Origin: Candidatus Woesearchaeota archaeon
GTDB taxonomy: Archaea; Nanobdellota; Nanobdellia; Woesearchaeales; GCA-2686295
NCBI GenBank assembly: GCA_013202845.1
Contig: JABMPT010000005.1
Coordinates: forward strand, 71,308 to 135,307
Reading direction: 5' to 3'
Length of the DNA stretch: 64,000 nucleotides
In this document: in pieces, positions 9,846-19,927 of the stretch
Numbering within the stretch: the stretch's first letter is position 1
How the letters are laid out: each line of letters begins with the position of its first letter
Made by a program: the position numbers and the translations under genes
The notes under the pieces: generated by a model
The model's input: only the letters and a program-made list of their open reading frames with translations
Databases searched by the model: none
Told to the model about the DNA's origin: nothing

Positions 9846-11573
9846 TTAATCTTTCGCAATACTTTCACTGTTCCACATATGCTTTGGATTTTCTTTCCTA
9901 GCTATCAAAAAATTATCAATCACAAGATAATCTATTCCTGTTCCCATCATACATCTATAGGCTTCTTCAGGAGTACACACAATCGGTTCTCCTCTTATAT
10001 TAAAAGAAGTGTTTATTAGTATAGGAACCTTGCTCAGTCTTTCAAATTCTTTTATCAAATCATAATATTTCTGGTTCTGTTTTCTTTTAATTGTTTGTAA
10101 TCTCCCGCTGCCATCAACATGAGTAACTGATGGAATCAATTGCCTTTTCTCTTTTTTAACAGGATAAACATAGAGCATATAAGGAACCTCTCTGTCAACA
10201 TCAAAGTAATCCTTTGCGTCTTCCCATGTAACAACTGGAGCAAAAGGCCTAAACATCTCTCTATGTTTTACTTTTGCATTAAGAATGTCCTGCATTTTTG
10301 GATTAAGAGGATTAGCTAAAATACTTCTATTTCCTAATGCGCGAGGTCCCCATTCCATTCTTCCCTGGAACCACCCAATAACATTGTCTTGGTAAATTAA
10401 CTCAGCGCTTTTCTTGAGAATATCTGAGTCTGAGAGTTCAGAATAATTTATTTTCTTAAAATCTAAAAAACTTTTTATCTCTTCTCTTGTATATCCGGGG
10501 CCAAAGTAAACATGCTCTAATATCTGTTTCCTCTTATTTTTTAGAATTGTGTTATATGCATAAAAAGCTGTGCCCATTGCTGTTCCTGCATCACTGGCTG
10601 CTGGTTGAATAAAAATGTTTTTAAAAGAAGTACTTCTTGATATTTTTCCATTTGCAACACTATTGAGAGCAACACCTCCTGCCATGCAGAGCTTCCTTAT
10701 TTTTGTTTTTTTATATAAATCATTCAATATTTTAAAGATAATCTCTTCAGTTATCTTTTGTAGTGACTTAGCAAGATCTTTGTGTCTTTGTTCTATATTA
10801 GACTCTCGCTTTCTTATAGGGCCAAACTCCTTGATGAATTTCTTGCTTGGCATGGTCATCTTGTAATGAAAATCAAAATAAGACATATCAAGTTGAAAAC
10901 TTCCATCGTTTGCAATCCTAATTAATTTCTTTAGACTATCATAATAGCTTGGTTTTCCATAAGCTGCCAAACCCATTACCTTATACTCATCATTGTTAAC
11001 CTTAAAACCCAGATGTGCTGTTACAGTACTATACAATAATCCAAGAGAATTGGGAAATACTATTTCCTTAGCTATTGTGATATCACTTCCCTTTCCAACA
11101 CCAATGCTTGCAGTAGCCCATTCACCAACGCCATCAATTGTGAAAATAGAAGCTTCATCAAAAGGCGAGACCAAGAAAGCAGAAGCGGCGTGAGCCATGT
11201 GATGTTCAACAAATAAAATTTCTCCCTTGTACTTGAGGTGTTTTTTCATCATTGAAGGAACTCTTAGTTTCTCATGTAGCCAAGAAGGTAGTGCCTTGTA
11301 AAAAGACCAAAAACCTTTAGGAAAAGACTCCAAGTATTGACTTAATAATCTGTCAAATTTTAACAAAGGTTTTTCATAGAAAGCTATATAATCAATTTTA
11401 TCGATAGCTATCTCTGCTTCTTTCAAGCAGTATAAAGCTGCTTTCTTTGGAAAAGAATTATCATGCTTCTTTCTTGTGAATCTTTCTTCTTCTGCAGCAG
11501 CAATTATCCTGCCATCTTTTAACAGGCAAGCAGCACTATCATGGTAATAACATGAAATCCCTAAAACATACAT
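9846..11573 (-). CDS. Carbamoyltransferase (NodU/CmcH family)
   Basis: YYHDSAA, EEERF.R.KH, EHHMAHAAS, DGVGE, GGVALN, GPRALGNRS, LINTSFN. Confidence 0.93.
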   Translation of the reverse strand: MYVLGISCYYHDSAACLLKDGRIIAAAEEERFTRKKHDNSFPKKAALYCLKEAEIAIDKIDYIAFYEKPLLKFDRLLSQYLESFPKGFWSFYKALPSWLHEKLRVPSMMKKHLKYKGEILFVEHHMAHAASAFLVSPFDEASIFTIDGVGEWATASIGVGKGSDITIAKEIVFPNSLGLLYSTVTAHLGFKVNNDEYKVMGLAAYGKPSYYDSLKKLIRIANDGSFQLDMSYFDFHYKMTMPSKKFIKEFGPIRKRESNIEQRHKDLAKSLQKITEEIIFKILNDLYKKTKIRKLCMAGGVALNSVANGKISRSTSFKNIFIQPAASDAGTAMGTAFYAYNTILKNKRKQILEHVYFGPGYTREEIKSFLDFKKINYSELSDSDILKKSAELIYQDNVIGWFQGRMEWGPRALGNRSILANPLNPKMQDILNAKVKHREMFRPFAPVVTWEDAKDYFDVDREVPYMLYVYPVKKEKRQLIPSVTHVDGSGRLQTIKRKQNQKYYDLIKEFERLSKVPILINTSFNIRGEPIVCTPEEAYRCMMGTGIDYLVIDNFLIARKENPKHMWNSESIAKD

Positions 11574-11582
11574 TATGACCCC

Positions 11583-11822
11583 CTAAAACATTCTATAATA
11601 CTTCTCAAGCTTTTGAGTTGATAGATTCTTATCAACCCAATATGAATTCTTGGTTTTTGATTTTAAATCCAAAAAATGCTTTCCAAAAAGTTTTAAAAAT
11701 AATGAAGTAAGACCAATTCCTATAATGAATATTGGAATTAGAAGTATGAAGTTGACTATTGAGGTTATGAATTCACTTAACTTCATAAGCAGTTTTTTAA
11801 TTTTAGGAAAAACTTCTCTCAT
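11583..11822 (-). CDS. Small membrane protein, SxtJ-like accessory of carbamoyltransferases
   Basis: One hydrophobic stretch, SYW motif and terminal RMF; adjacent to the carbamoyltransferase. Confidence 0.65.
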   Translation of the reverse strand: MREVFPKIKKLLMKLSEFITSIVNFILLIPIFIIGIGLTSLFLKLFGKHFLDLKSKTKNSYWVDKNLSTQKLEKYYRMF

Positions 11823-11897
11823 ATTCAGCCAAAAAACCAGTTGATTTATATTTTTTTGGAAAAAGTTTAAAAAACACCTTATATTAATAAAGAAAAA

Positions 11898-12230
11898 ATG
11901 GAAGCAATACAGATAATAGCCATAATATTCGCTTTGTTTGCCTACAGCAGAGCAATACTGAGGTATAAAGATAAGAAAATAACAAACAAAGAATTTCTTT
12001 TCTGGACAATAATCTGGGTTTCAATGATAATTGTGGCGATAATACCTATAGTAGCTAGCTGGTTCTCGAATCTTTTTGGAATTCGCAGACCTGTAGATTT
12101 TATGATTTATGCGAGTATAATAATTTTGTTCTATATAATATTCAAAATATACGTTAAAATTGAAAGTCTTGAACAAGACTTTACAAAAATAGTAAGGAAC
12201 TTAGCTATTAAGAAGAATAAAAAAAAGTGA
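11898..12230 (+). CDS. DUF2304-like membrane protein
   Basis: Three TM helices, FGIRRPVD, C-terminal TKIVRNLAI. Confidence 0.75.
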   Translation: MEAIQIIAIIFALFAYSRAILRYKDKKITNKEFLFWTIIWVSMIIVAIIPIVASWFSNLFGIRRPVDFMIYASIIILFYIIFKIYVKIESLEQDFTKIVRNLAIKKNKKK

Positions 12231-12243
12231 TTTCTATAAAAAA

Positions 12244-13374
12244 ATGAATTTTATTTTTGTGACAGAATATTTTCCAACTTCTGAAAAAGGAGAAATTTCT
12301 GGAGGAGTAGAAGCCAGATGTTTCTATTTAGCTAAAGAACTAAGCAAGAAACATCAAGTAAAAGTAATAACTTCGTGGAAAAAAGGACAACACAGAAAAC
12401 ACAATATAGGAAAAGTAGTAGTTGAGAGAGTCGGTCCAAATCATGAATACTCTAATAAAGGAAGTATTTTTTCAAGATTATTTTTTGGAATTTCAGCTTA
12501 CAAAAAGATAAAACAAGAAAGAGGATTTAATTTTGTTGACGGATTTAACTTCACAACTTATATTCCTGCTTATTTTGGAGCTAGAAAAATCAGAGCAAAA
12601 GCAGTTGCAACATATCATGAAACTTGGGTTGGAACATGGATAAAAAACAAGGGTTTGTTAACAGGTCTTGTTGGAGAGATTCTAGAAAGGACTGCGTTAG
12701 GTCTGAAATGGGATCAGGTTATTCCGGTCTCAAATTTCACAAGAAACAAACTAAAGTGTAATGGTATTCCAGAAAGAAAAATAACTGTAGTTTACAATGG
12801 GGTTATAACTGACGATTTTAAGAAAATGAAAGTAAAAAAAGAAGAAAAATTCAGGATTGTGTCTGTTTCAAGACTGGTAAAAACGAAAAGAATTCAAATT
12901 CTTCTCAAAGCATTGCAGCATTTGAAAGATAAGAGCATGAAATGCGTTTTAGTTGGAGAGGGCGACGATAGAGAATACATGAAGAAAGAGGCAATAAGAT
13001 TAGGAATAAACGACCTTGTTGAATTCAAAGGGTTTCTCAAAACTAAGGAAGAAGTTATCAAAGAGATTAAGAAATCTCATGTTTTTTGCCTGCCATCAGC
13101 AGTAGAGGGTTTTGGAATAGCAGTTATTGAAGCTATGGCTTCAGGAGTGCCTGTCATCTGTTCAGATATTGCACCATTAAAAGAAGTTACAAAAAATGGT
13201 GAATATGGCTTAATATTCAAACTGGATGATTATAAAGAATTGGCTGAAAAAATAAAGTTATTGAAGGAAAATAAAAATAAATATTCGGAATTAAAGAGAA
13301 AAGGTTTAAAGAGAGCTAACGACTTTGAATGGGAAAAAATTGCTCAAGAATACTTGAAAGCTGTAAAGAACTAA
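12244..13374 (+). CDS. GT4 glycosyltransferase
   Basis: GGVE, YNGV, EGFGIAVIEAMASG. Confidence 0.9.
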   Translation: MNFIFVTEYFPTSEKGEISGGVEARCFYLAKELSKKHQVKVITSWKKGQHRKHNIGKVVVERVGPNHEYSNKGSIFSRLFFGISAYKKIKQERGFNFVDGFNFTTYIPAYFGARKIRAKAVATYHETWVGTWIKNKGLLTGLVGEILERTALGLKWDQVIPVSNFTRNKLKCNGIPERKITVVYNGVITDDFKKMKVKKEEKFRIVSVSRLVKTKRIQILLKALQHLKDKSMKCVLVGEGDDREYMKKEAIRLGINDLVEFKGFLKTKEEVIKEIKKSHVFCLPSAVEGFGIAVIEAMASGVPVICSDIAPLKEVTKNGEYGLIFKLDDYKELAEKIKLLKENKNKYSELKRKGLKRANDFEWEKIAQEYLKAVKN

Positions 13375-13418
13375 TTCTTCACAAAATTTTATAAATAAAA
13401 CTAGCTTCAGCAGAAAAA

Positions 13419-14552
13419 ATGAGAATATGCATGATAATTGAGGCCTGGAGGCCCATATGGGGTGGTGGACAAGCACATGTCTGGGAACTGGCAAACAAGT
13501 TGGTTCAGAAAAATAATTGTGAAGTAGATATTTTTGTAATGGATATAAAAGGCACTGATGAAAGTAAGTCACAAGCATATGAGAAAGACAAACTCAGAGT
13601 TTTTCGCCTCGGGCATAATCTGGAATTCAAATTCTTCGATAGAATCAGATGGTGTTCAAAACTTGTAAAAATAGTGAAAAGAGAACATAGAAAAAATAAA
13701 TATGATTTAATACACACGCATGCTAATCTTCCAGGAATCCCTGGAAAAATCTTAAGCAATAAGTTAAGAATACCAATTGTATATACAGTGCATGGATGCG
13801 GACTTGAGGCAATAAAGGATATGTACAAGAATTTTATTGCAAGCAACCTATTATATTTATTCGAGAACTTTCTGCAGACAAAGATAAAATATGACTTCCA
13901 GATAACAGTTGATAAAAGCTTCCTGAAATACAAAAACATAAACAAGAAGAAAACGATTATTCCTAACGGAGTAAATATTGAAAAATTTGACGAAGTAAAA
14001 TCCATTCAGAGTGAGACATTCAAAATAATTTTTGTCGGTAGACTACATCCTCAAAAAGGTTTATCATACTTACTAAAGGCTCTTCATATGATTAAAAATG
14101 AACTTAGAGATACAGAAGTCCATCTGATAGGCGGAGGGCCTGAAGAGAAAGAATTAAAAGAATTAACAAAAAAATTAGGACTTGAAAATCTAGTCAAATT
14201 CAGAGGAAAGATATACAAGAAAGAACTGTTTAAGGAATATAAATCTTCAGATCTATTTGTTCTTCCATCACTTTACGAAGGACAGCCCTTAACATTATTA
14301 GAAGCATGGGCTGCAAAATTACCAGTCATAGTTACAAATGTTGGTGGAAATGAAGACTTTGTGGTTAATGAGAAAAACGGTTATATCATACCATCAAAAA
14401 ATATAGATGTACTTGCAAAAACAATTCTCAAAGCAAAGAATAATAAAGATCTCAAAGTTCTAGGTTTGAAAGGTTACAAACTTGTAAAAGAAAAGTATAG
14501 TTGGAGTTCTGTCGCTGAAAAAACTTATAGAGTGTATGAACAAATCTTATAG
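13419..14552 (+). CDS. GT4 glycosyltransferase
   Basis: GGG, IPNGV, VGRL..QKG, EGQPLTLLEA. Confidence 0.9.
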   Translation: MRICMIIEAWRPIWGGGQAHVWELANKLVQKNNCEVDIFVMDIKGTDESKSQAYEKDKLRVFRLGHNLEFKFFDRIRWCSKLVKIVKREHRKNKYDLIHTHANLPGIPGKILSNKLRIPIVYTVHGCGLEAIKDMYKNFIASNLLYLFENFLQTKIKYDFQITVDKSFLKYKNINKKKTIIPNGVNIEKFDEVKSIQSETFKIIFVGRLHPQKGLSYLLKALHMIKNELRDTEVHLIGGGPEEKELKELTKKLGLENLVKFRGKIYKKELFKEYKSSDLFVLPSLYEGQPLTLLEAWAAKLPVIVTNVGGNEDFVVNEKNGYIIPSKNIDVLAKTILKAKNNKDLKVLGLKGYKLVKEKYSWSSVAEKTYRVYEQIL

Positions 14553-14554
14553 AA

Positions 14555-15553
14555 TTATTTTCCAACCCAACTTGGAGGCATGTTCTTTGTTACTTCAATG
14601 TTCTTGAATTGCCTGCTTTTTTTACTACCTATCTTTTTCGCCCAGTCAGCCATTCTTTTAACCCCTTCTTCTAAAGAGGTTTTTGTTTTATATCCTAAAA
14701 TCCTGCTGACCTTTGTGTGCTTAGAATGCGCGTGCATGACTTCATTCCTTGCAGCTAAATGCACTATCTTTTGATTTGAACCCATTACCTTAATGACGAT
14801 TTTTGCCAAATCGTTGACTGATCGCGGTTTATCTTCACCAATATTAAACATTTGATTGTATGCCTTCTTTACTCTTATTGATTTAGCGATTATCGGAGAA
14901 ATGTCTCCTATGTATGAAAAGCCTCTAGTCTGTTTTCCATCTCCAAATATAGTCAATGGTTTGTTCTGCATTATCTGATTCAAGAAGATTCCTGCAACAT
15001 TTCTGTACTTATCTCCAAGATTCTGTCTTTCACCGTAAACATTGTGAGGTCTGAATATTATGTAATCCAAGCCAAACATCTCATGAGCAGCTCTCAAATC
15101 AAGCTCAACAGCATACTTTGAAATTCCGTAAGGGTCCTCGGGATTTGGCACTGTCTCCTCCTTCATAGGAAGCTGGTTGGTTCCATAAACTGCGATAGAA
15201 GATGTAAACACAAAGCATTTTACATCATGTTTCACAGACTCATTAATTAGGTTTATACTCCCTAAAAGATTGTTTCTGTAGTTGAATATTCTTATGAAAT
15301 GAGATAAACCTTCGGCTGCATAAGCTGCCAAATGAAACACATATTTGAATTTATGCTTCTTGAATAAGTTTCTAATCATCTTGAAATTTAGAACGCTTCC
15401 TTTCACAAAAGCTGCTTTTTTAGGAACATTCTCTGTGAAGCCACCGCTTAAATCATCAAGAACAACCACTTTATAGCCTAATTTTATAAGTTCATCCACT
15501 ATATGAGAACCCATGAATCCTGCACCACCTGTAACTAGAACCTTCTCTTTCAT
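14555..15553 (-). CDS. NAD-dependent nucleotide-sugar epimerase/dehydratase
   Basis: TGGAGFMG, YGISK (YxxxK), NVYG. Confidence 0.88.
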   Translation of the reverse strand: MKEKVLVTGGAGFMGSHIVDELIKLGYKVVVLDDLSGGFTENVPKKAAFVKGSVLNFKMIRNLFKKHKFKYVFHLAAYAAEGLSHFIRIFNYRNNLLGSINLINESVKHDVKCFVFTSSIAVYGTNQLPMKEETVPNPEDPYGISKYAVELDLRAAHEMFGLDYIIFRPHNVYGERQNLGDKYRNVAGIFLNQIMQNKPLTIFGDGKQTRGFSYIGDISPIIAKSIRVKKAYNQMFNIGEDKPRSVNDLAKIVIKVMGSNQKIVHLAARNEVMHAHSKHTKVSRILGYKTKTSLEEGVKRMADWAKKIGSKKSRQFKNIEVTKNMPPSWVGK

Positions 15554-15595
15554 TGTGAAATAAGAGAGAATAGAACCATTTTTAAAATTAACTGT

Positions 15596-16633
15596 TTATT
15601 CAATTATTTTATAGTTATATAGAAGTTTTCTAATTTCACCCTTAGTAAGTTGACGAAGATTAGCAGAATCATATTCCTCATAGCTTCTTTTTGATTTATA
15701 TTCAGAAACAAATCCTGGCGTTATAATTGACGATCTAAGAACAAACATGTCTCTTAGTTCTTTAAGATGGTTTGTTTCTTCTTTTGTAATTAAGCATTCA
15801 CTTATTTTCTCCCCTGGTCTGACACCTATCTTCTTGATGTTCATATCTTTAGTTTTAAAACCATGTTTAGGCGCTAATTCTTCTATCATGACTTCTGCCA
15901 AGTCTATAATTCTAAGACTTTTCATTCTTAGAATAAATATTTCTTCTCCTTTCATCAAAGTTGCTGCTTTTAGAACCAAGTTAACTGCTTCAGACATGGA
16001 CATAAAGAATCTCGTCATGTCAGTGGTTGTTATTGTTACTGGCCCTCCTTCACTTATTTGTTTCTTGAAAATAGGTATCACTGAGCCATTTGAGTTTAAG
16101 ACATTACCAAACCTGACTGATGAGAACCTTGTTTTGTAATCACCATAATTCGCTGAGATTGTGAGTTTCTCACTCAGTAATTTTGTAGCACCCATTGTGT
16201 TTATAGGGTTTACTGCCTTATCAGTGCTTATAGAAATAAACTTTTTGACATTCTGTTTTCTGGCAGCATTAATCAGATTTTGTGTTCCAACAATGTTTGT
16301 GCTAACTGCCTCAAATGGATTATATTCACACAATGGAACATGTTTCAAAGCAGCTGCATGAAAAACAATGTCAACGCCTCTCATAGCCATTTCTAATCGT
16401 TCTTTATCCCTAACATCTCCAATTAGATGCCTTGTTAACTTGCTTTTTATGGCTTGGCGCATGTAAAAATGTGCAGATTCATTATTATCGAATATCCTTA
16501 TTCTTTTTGGCTTAAACGCCAAGAGTTGTTTCACTATTTCTTTACCTATTGAACCACAACCTCCTGTTACTAGAATATCCTTTCCTTGAAAGATTCTCTT
16601 AAACTTGTTTTCCGGATTGGTTTTCTTTCTCAT
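15596..16633 (-). CDS. NDP-GlcNAc 4,6-dehydratase/epimerase (PseB/FlaA1/CapD-like)
   Basis: TGGCGSIG, HAAALKHV, STDKAV, MGATK, RFGNV, RPGEK. Confidence 0.88.
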   Translation of the reverse strand: MRKKTNPENKFKRIFQGKDILVTGGCGSIGKEIVKQLLAFKPKRIRIFDNNESAHFYMRQAIKSKLTRHLIGDVRDKERLEMAMRGVDIVFHAAALKHVPLCEYNPFEAVSTNIVGTQNLINAARKQNVKKFISISTDKAVNPINTMGATKLLSEKLTISANYGDYKTRFSSVRFGNVLNSNGSVIPIFKKQISEGGPVTITTTDMTRFFMSMSEAVNLVLKAATLMKGEEIFILRMKSLRIIDLAEVMIEELAPKHGFKTKDMNIKKIGVRPGEKISECLITKEETNHLKELRDMFVLRSSIITPGFVSEYKSKRSYEEYDSANLRQLTKGEIRKLLYNYKIIE

Positions 16634-16676
16634 CTAGCCGACCGAAAACATGACATATTTAAATAACTATCGTGTA

Positions 16677-17777
16677 TTAATGATAGAAATCCATCATTGA
16701 TTTTTTCACAGTAAGAACTTGCTTCTTGGTCATTTCTGGAAAGAACGGTAGAATAAGTGTTGTTTTACTTAATTTTTCTGCAACGAAAAAGTCTCCTTCC
16801 TTATATCCAAACTCTTTTCTATAGAATGGTTGTAGATGTATGGCTGGGAAGAAGTATGCTTTGCTGTGTATTGCTTTGCTTAGCAGATGAACCGCTAACT
16901 CATCTCTATCTTTTGCAGGAACTTTTATTGGAAAAACAAACCAGGTATGAGTATTGTGGCTATCGGTAACTGGTAATGTAACTTGTGGTATTTCTGCTAG
17001 TTCTTTTAAATAAAGATCTGCAACTCTTCTTCTCTCAGATATCAAATAATTTATTTTTTTTAACTGTGAAATTCCTAGAGCTGCTTGGAGATCTGTAATC
17101 CTATAGTTGTATCCTAAATGTTCGTGGGTCAACCATTGTCTACTACTTCCCCTCCCTTGATTTCTTAGACTTCTACAAGCTTCTGCTACTTGTTTATTGT
17201 TTGTCACAATCATGCCTCCTTCCCCTGTAGTTATCTGCTTATTTGGATAAAAAGCGAAAACAGCTGCGTCACCAAAAGTTCCAACTTTCTTCCCTTTGTA
17301 TTTTGCATTAATTGATTCACAAGCATCTTCTATTACTTTCAACTTATGTTTCTTTGCTATTCTCATAATTTCACCCATATCACAGCTTTGACCAAACACT
17401 TGAACTGGGAGAATAGCTTTTGTTTTTTTTGTTATTTTTTTCTCTATCTTGCTAGTGTCAATATTGAAGGTTTTCTCATCAACATCTACAAATACAGGCT
17501 TTGCTCCTTCAAATAATACACAGTTTGCTGAAGCAACAAAAGAGAAAGGAGAGGTTATTACTTCATCACCTCTTCCTATTCCTAATGCTTTTATACATAA
17601 ATGCAACCCAGAAGTTCCTGAGTTAACAGCAACAGCATGTTTTGTTCCTATAAGCTTTGCAAATAGTTCCTCAAATTCTTCAATCTTTGGACCTAAACTC
17701 AACCTTCCTGACTTCAAGACTTTCTCGACTGCTTTGATATCTTTCCTATCAATATGTGGTTTTGCTAATGGTATCAT
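16677..17777 (-). CDS. DegT/DnrJ/EryC1/StrS PLP-dependent sugar aminotransferase
   Basis: NSGTSGLH, EDAC, FYPNKQITTGEGG, GYNYR. Confidence 0.92.
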   Translation of the reverse strand: MIPLAKPHIDRKDIKAVEKVLKSGRLSLGPKIEEFEELFAKLIGTKHAVAVNSGTSGLHLCIKALGIGRGDEVITSPFSFVASANCVLFEGAKPVFVDVDEKTFNIDTSKIEKKITKKTKAILPVQVFGQSCDMGEIMRIAKKHKLKVIEDACESINAKYKGKKVGTFGDAAVFAFYPNKQITTGEGGMIVTNNKQVAEACRSLRNQGRGSSRQWLTHEHLGYNYRITDLQAALGISQLKKINYLISERRRVADLYLKELAEIPQVTLPVTDSHNTHTWFVFPIKVPAKDRDELAVHLLSKAIHSKAYFFPAIHLQPFYRKEFGYKEGDFFVAEKLSKTTLILPFFPEMTKKQVLTVKKSMMDFYH

Positions 17778-18595
17778 ATACTCACCTTGTACATATTCTC
17801 CACCAACATAGCTACCGTAACAGGTCCAACTCCTCCTGGTACCGGTGTTATGAATGATGCTTTCTGTTTAACAGTTTTAAAATCCAGGTCTCCAAAAATC
17901 TTATTGTTTACTTTTGAAATACCAATATCTATCGCGACAACACCTTCTTTGACATGTTCTCCTTTAACTAAGCCAGGAACTCCTGTGGCAGATATCACAA
18001 TATCTGCATCTCTTGTGAGTAAATATATGTTTTTTGTCTTATTATTGCAAACAAAAACAGTAGCTCCTTTTCTCATCAACATCAAAGCAAGCGGTTTGCC
18101 AACTAAATCACTGTCATTTATTATACAAACATTTTTTCCTTCGACTTGAATATTATTTTCTTCTATTATTCTCATTATTCCTCTCGGCGTGCATGGACCT
18201 GCTTTATTATCATACATTATCTGGCCCAGTGTTACTGGATTCAAAAAATCAACATCTTTTTTAGGAGCTATTTCCTTTAAAACAGCTGTTTTGTTTATGC
18301 CCTCTGGTAAGGGGAGTTGTACTAGTATTCCGTCTACATCATCTGATTCATTTAATTTTCTTATAAGAGAAATCAGCTCTTTCGTAGTTGAGTTTTTGAA
18401 AAAGTATTTCTGTAATGATATTCCTGCTTCATTGCATGCTTTTTCTTTTAACTCAACATATAGATGTGATGGTTCATTATCACCAACAAGAATAACCGCT
18501 AACACAGGTTTTGTCTTCAACTCTGAGATTTTCTTCTTAGTGTTTTCTATTATTTTCCTTGCAAAGCTCTTCCCATCAAAAATTTCACAAGTCAT
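17774..18595 (-). CDS. folD: Methylene-THF dehydrogenase/cyclohydrolase
   Basis: DGK, YxxxK, VQLPLP, KDVD, PCTP, ITPVPGGVGP. Confidence 0.93.
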   Translation of the reverse strand: MTCEIFDGKSFARKIIENTKKKISELKTKPVLAVILVGDNEPSHLYVELKEKACNEAGISLQKYFFKNSTTKELISLIRKLNESDDVDGILVQLPLPEGINKTAVLKEIAPKKDVDFLNPVTLGQIMYDNKAGPCTPRGIMRIIEENNIQVEGKNVCIINDSDLVGKPLALMLMRKGATVFVCNNKTKNIYLLTRDADIVISATGVPGLVKGEHVKEGVVAIDIGISKVNNKIFGDLDFKTVKQKASFITPVPGGVGPVTVAMLVENMYKVSI

Positions 18596-19838
18596 TATAT
18601 ATTGGAAAATCCTCGCACAATTGTTTTACTTCTTGCTTCACTTTTAACTTATAATCCTTGCTATCCTTATTTTTCAAAGTTTTCATCATTAATTCAGCCA
18701 GAAGTTTCATTTCCGATTCTTTCATTCCTCTAGTGGTCAAACCAGCAGTGCCTATTCGTATTCCACTTGGATCAAAAGGACTTCTCTTATCATAAGGAAC
18801 CATGTTTTTGTTGACGATTATGCCAACTTCTTCCAATAAGCTTTCTGCTTCCTTTCCAGAAATATTTAGACTTGTTAAATCTGCTAAGATTAAATGATTA
18901 TCAGTTCCTCCTGAAACTAGATTCATTCCTCGATTTGTGAGTTCTTCTGCTAATGTTTTACAGTTTTTCACTATTTGTTTAGCATACTCTTTAAACTCTG
19001 GTTTTAATGCTTCTCCAAAAGCTACTGTCATACCTGCTGTGGTATGGTTGTGAGGTCCTCCTTGCATCCCTGGAAATACTGCTCTATCAATGTCTTTTGC
19101 AAATTTTTCTTTGCAGAGTATCATAGCTCCTCTTGGACCTCTTAAGGTTTTATGAGTTGTTGTAGTGATTATATCTGTGAATGGAAAGGGACTTGGATGA
19201 ACTTTGGCAGCTATTAATCCAGCTATGTGGGACATATCAACCATGCTTATTGCTCCAATTTCTTCAGCTATCTCATGAAATATCTTGAAATCAATCTCTC
19301 TTGGATAAGCGGTTGCTCCTGAAAGAATCAATTTTGGCTTTTCTTTCTTTGCCAGTTTTCTTATCTCATCATAATCAATCAAATGTGTTTTCTTATCAAC
19401 TCCATACTGTATGAATTTGTAAGTCTTCCCTGAGAAATTTATTGGATGACCATGAGTTAGATGACCTCCATGAGCGAGGTTCATTCCAAGAACTTTATCT
19501 CCATGATTTAGAACTGCAAAATATACTTCAAGATTAGCAGGTGAGCCTGAGTATGGTTGAACATTGACATGTTCTGCTCCAAATAGTTCCTTTGCTCTTT
19601 CCTGAGCAAGTATTTCTATCTCATCTACATATTTGTTTCCGCCGTAGTATCGCTTTGCAGGATATCCTTCAGAATATTTATTTGTGAAAACACTACCTGT
19701 CGCTCTTAGAACATTTGTGCTTACAAAGTTCTCTGAAGCAATAAGTCCTAAAGTACTTTGTTGTCTTTTTAGCTCATTAACTAGAATATCTGAGGCTTTC
19801 TTGTCTTTTTCTCTTAGTTTTTTATATTCCCCCTTCAT
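18585..19838 (-). CDS. glyA: Serine hydroxymethyltransferase
   Basis: LIASEN, NKYSEGYP..RYYGG, GGHLTHG, TTTTHKTLRGPRG; start moved to ATG 19838, 22 nt downstream of a TATA box. Confidence 0.95.
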   Translation of the reverse strand: MKGEYKKLREKDKKASDILVNELKRQQSTLGLIASENFVSTNVLRATGSVFTNKYSEGYPAKRYYGGNKYVDEIEILAQERAKELFGAEHVNVQPYSGSPANLEVYFAVLNHGDKVLGMNLAHGGHLTHGHPINFSGKTYKFIQYGVDKKTHLIDYDEIRKLAKKEKPKLILSGATAYPREIDFKIFHEIAEEIGAISMVDMSHIAGLIAAKVHPSPFPFTDIITTTTHKTLRGPRGAMILCKEKFAKDIDRAVFPGMQGGPHNHTTAGMTVAFGEALKPEFKEYAKQIVKNCKTLAEELTNRGMNLVSGGTDNHLILADLTSLNISGKEAESLLEEVGIIVNKNMVPYDKRSPFDPSGIRIGTAGLTTRGMKESEMKLLAELMMKTLKNKDSKDYKLKVKQEVKQLCEDFPIYNDL

Positions 19839-19847
19839 AAGGTGGAC

Positions 19848-19875
19848 TACTAGTACCAGATTTATTAATCTTTCT
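19848..19875 (-). promoter_or_regulatory. glyA promoter with TACTAGTA palindrome
   Basis: Minus strand reads GAAAGA-TTAATAAA-TCTGG-TACTAGTA-GTCCACCTT-ATG. Confidence 0.45.
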
Positions 19876-19927
19876 GAAATCGAAAATTTCAGAAGCCCAT
19901 AAACTTGTTTAAGTATATTTCTGAAAT

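Noticed and set aside
9846..11822. Saxitoxin biosynthesis (SxtI/SxtJ similarity)
   Set aside because: No sxtA, sxtG or other core genes are present; this pair is common in glycan loci.
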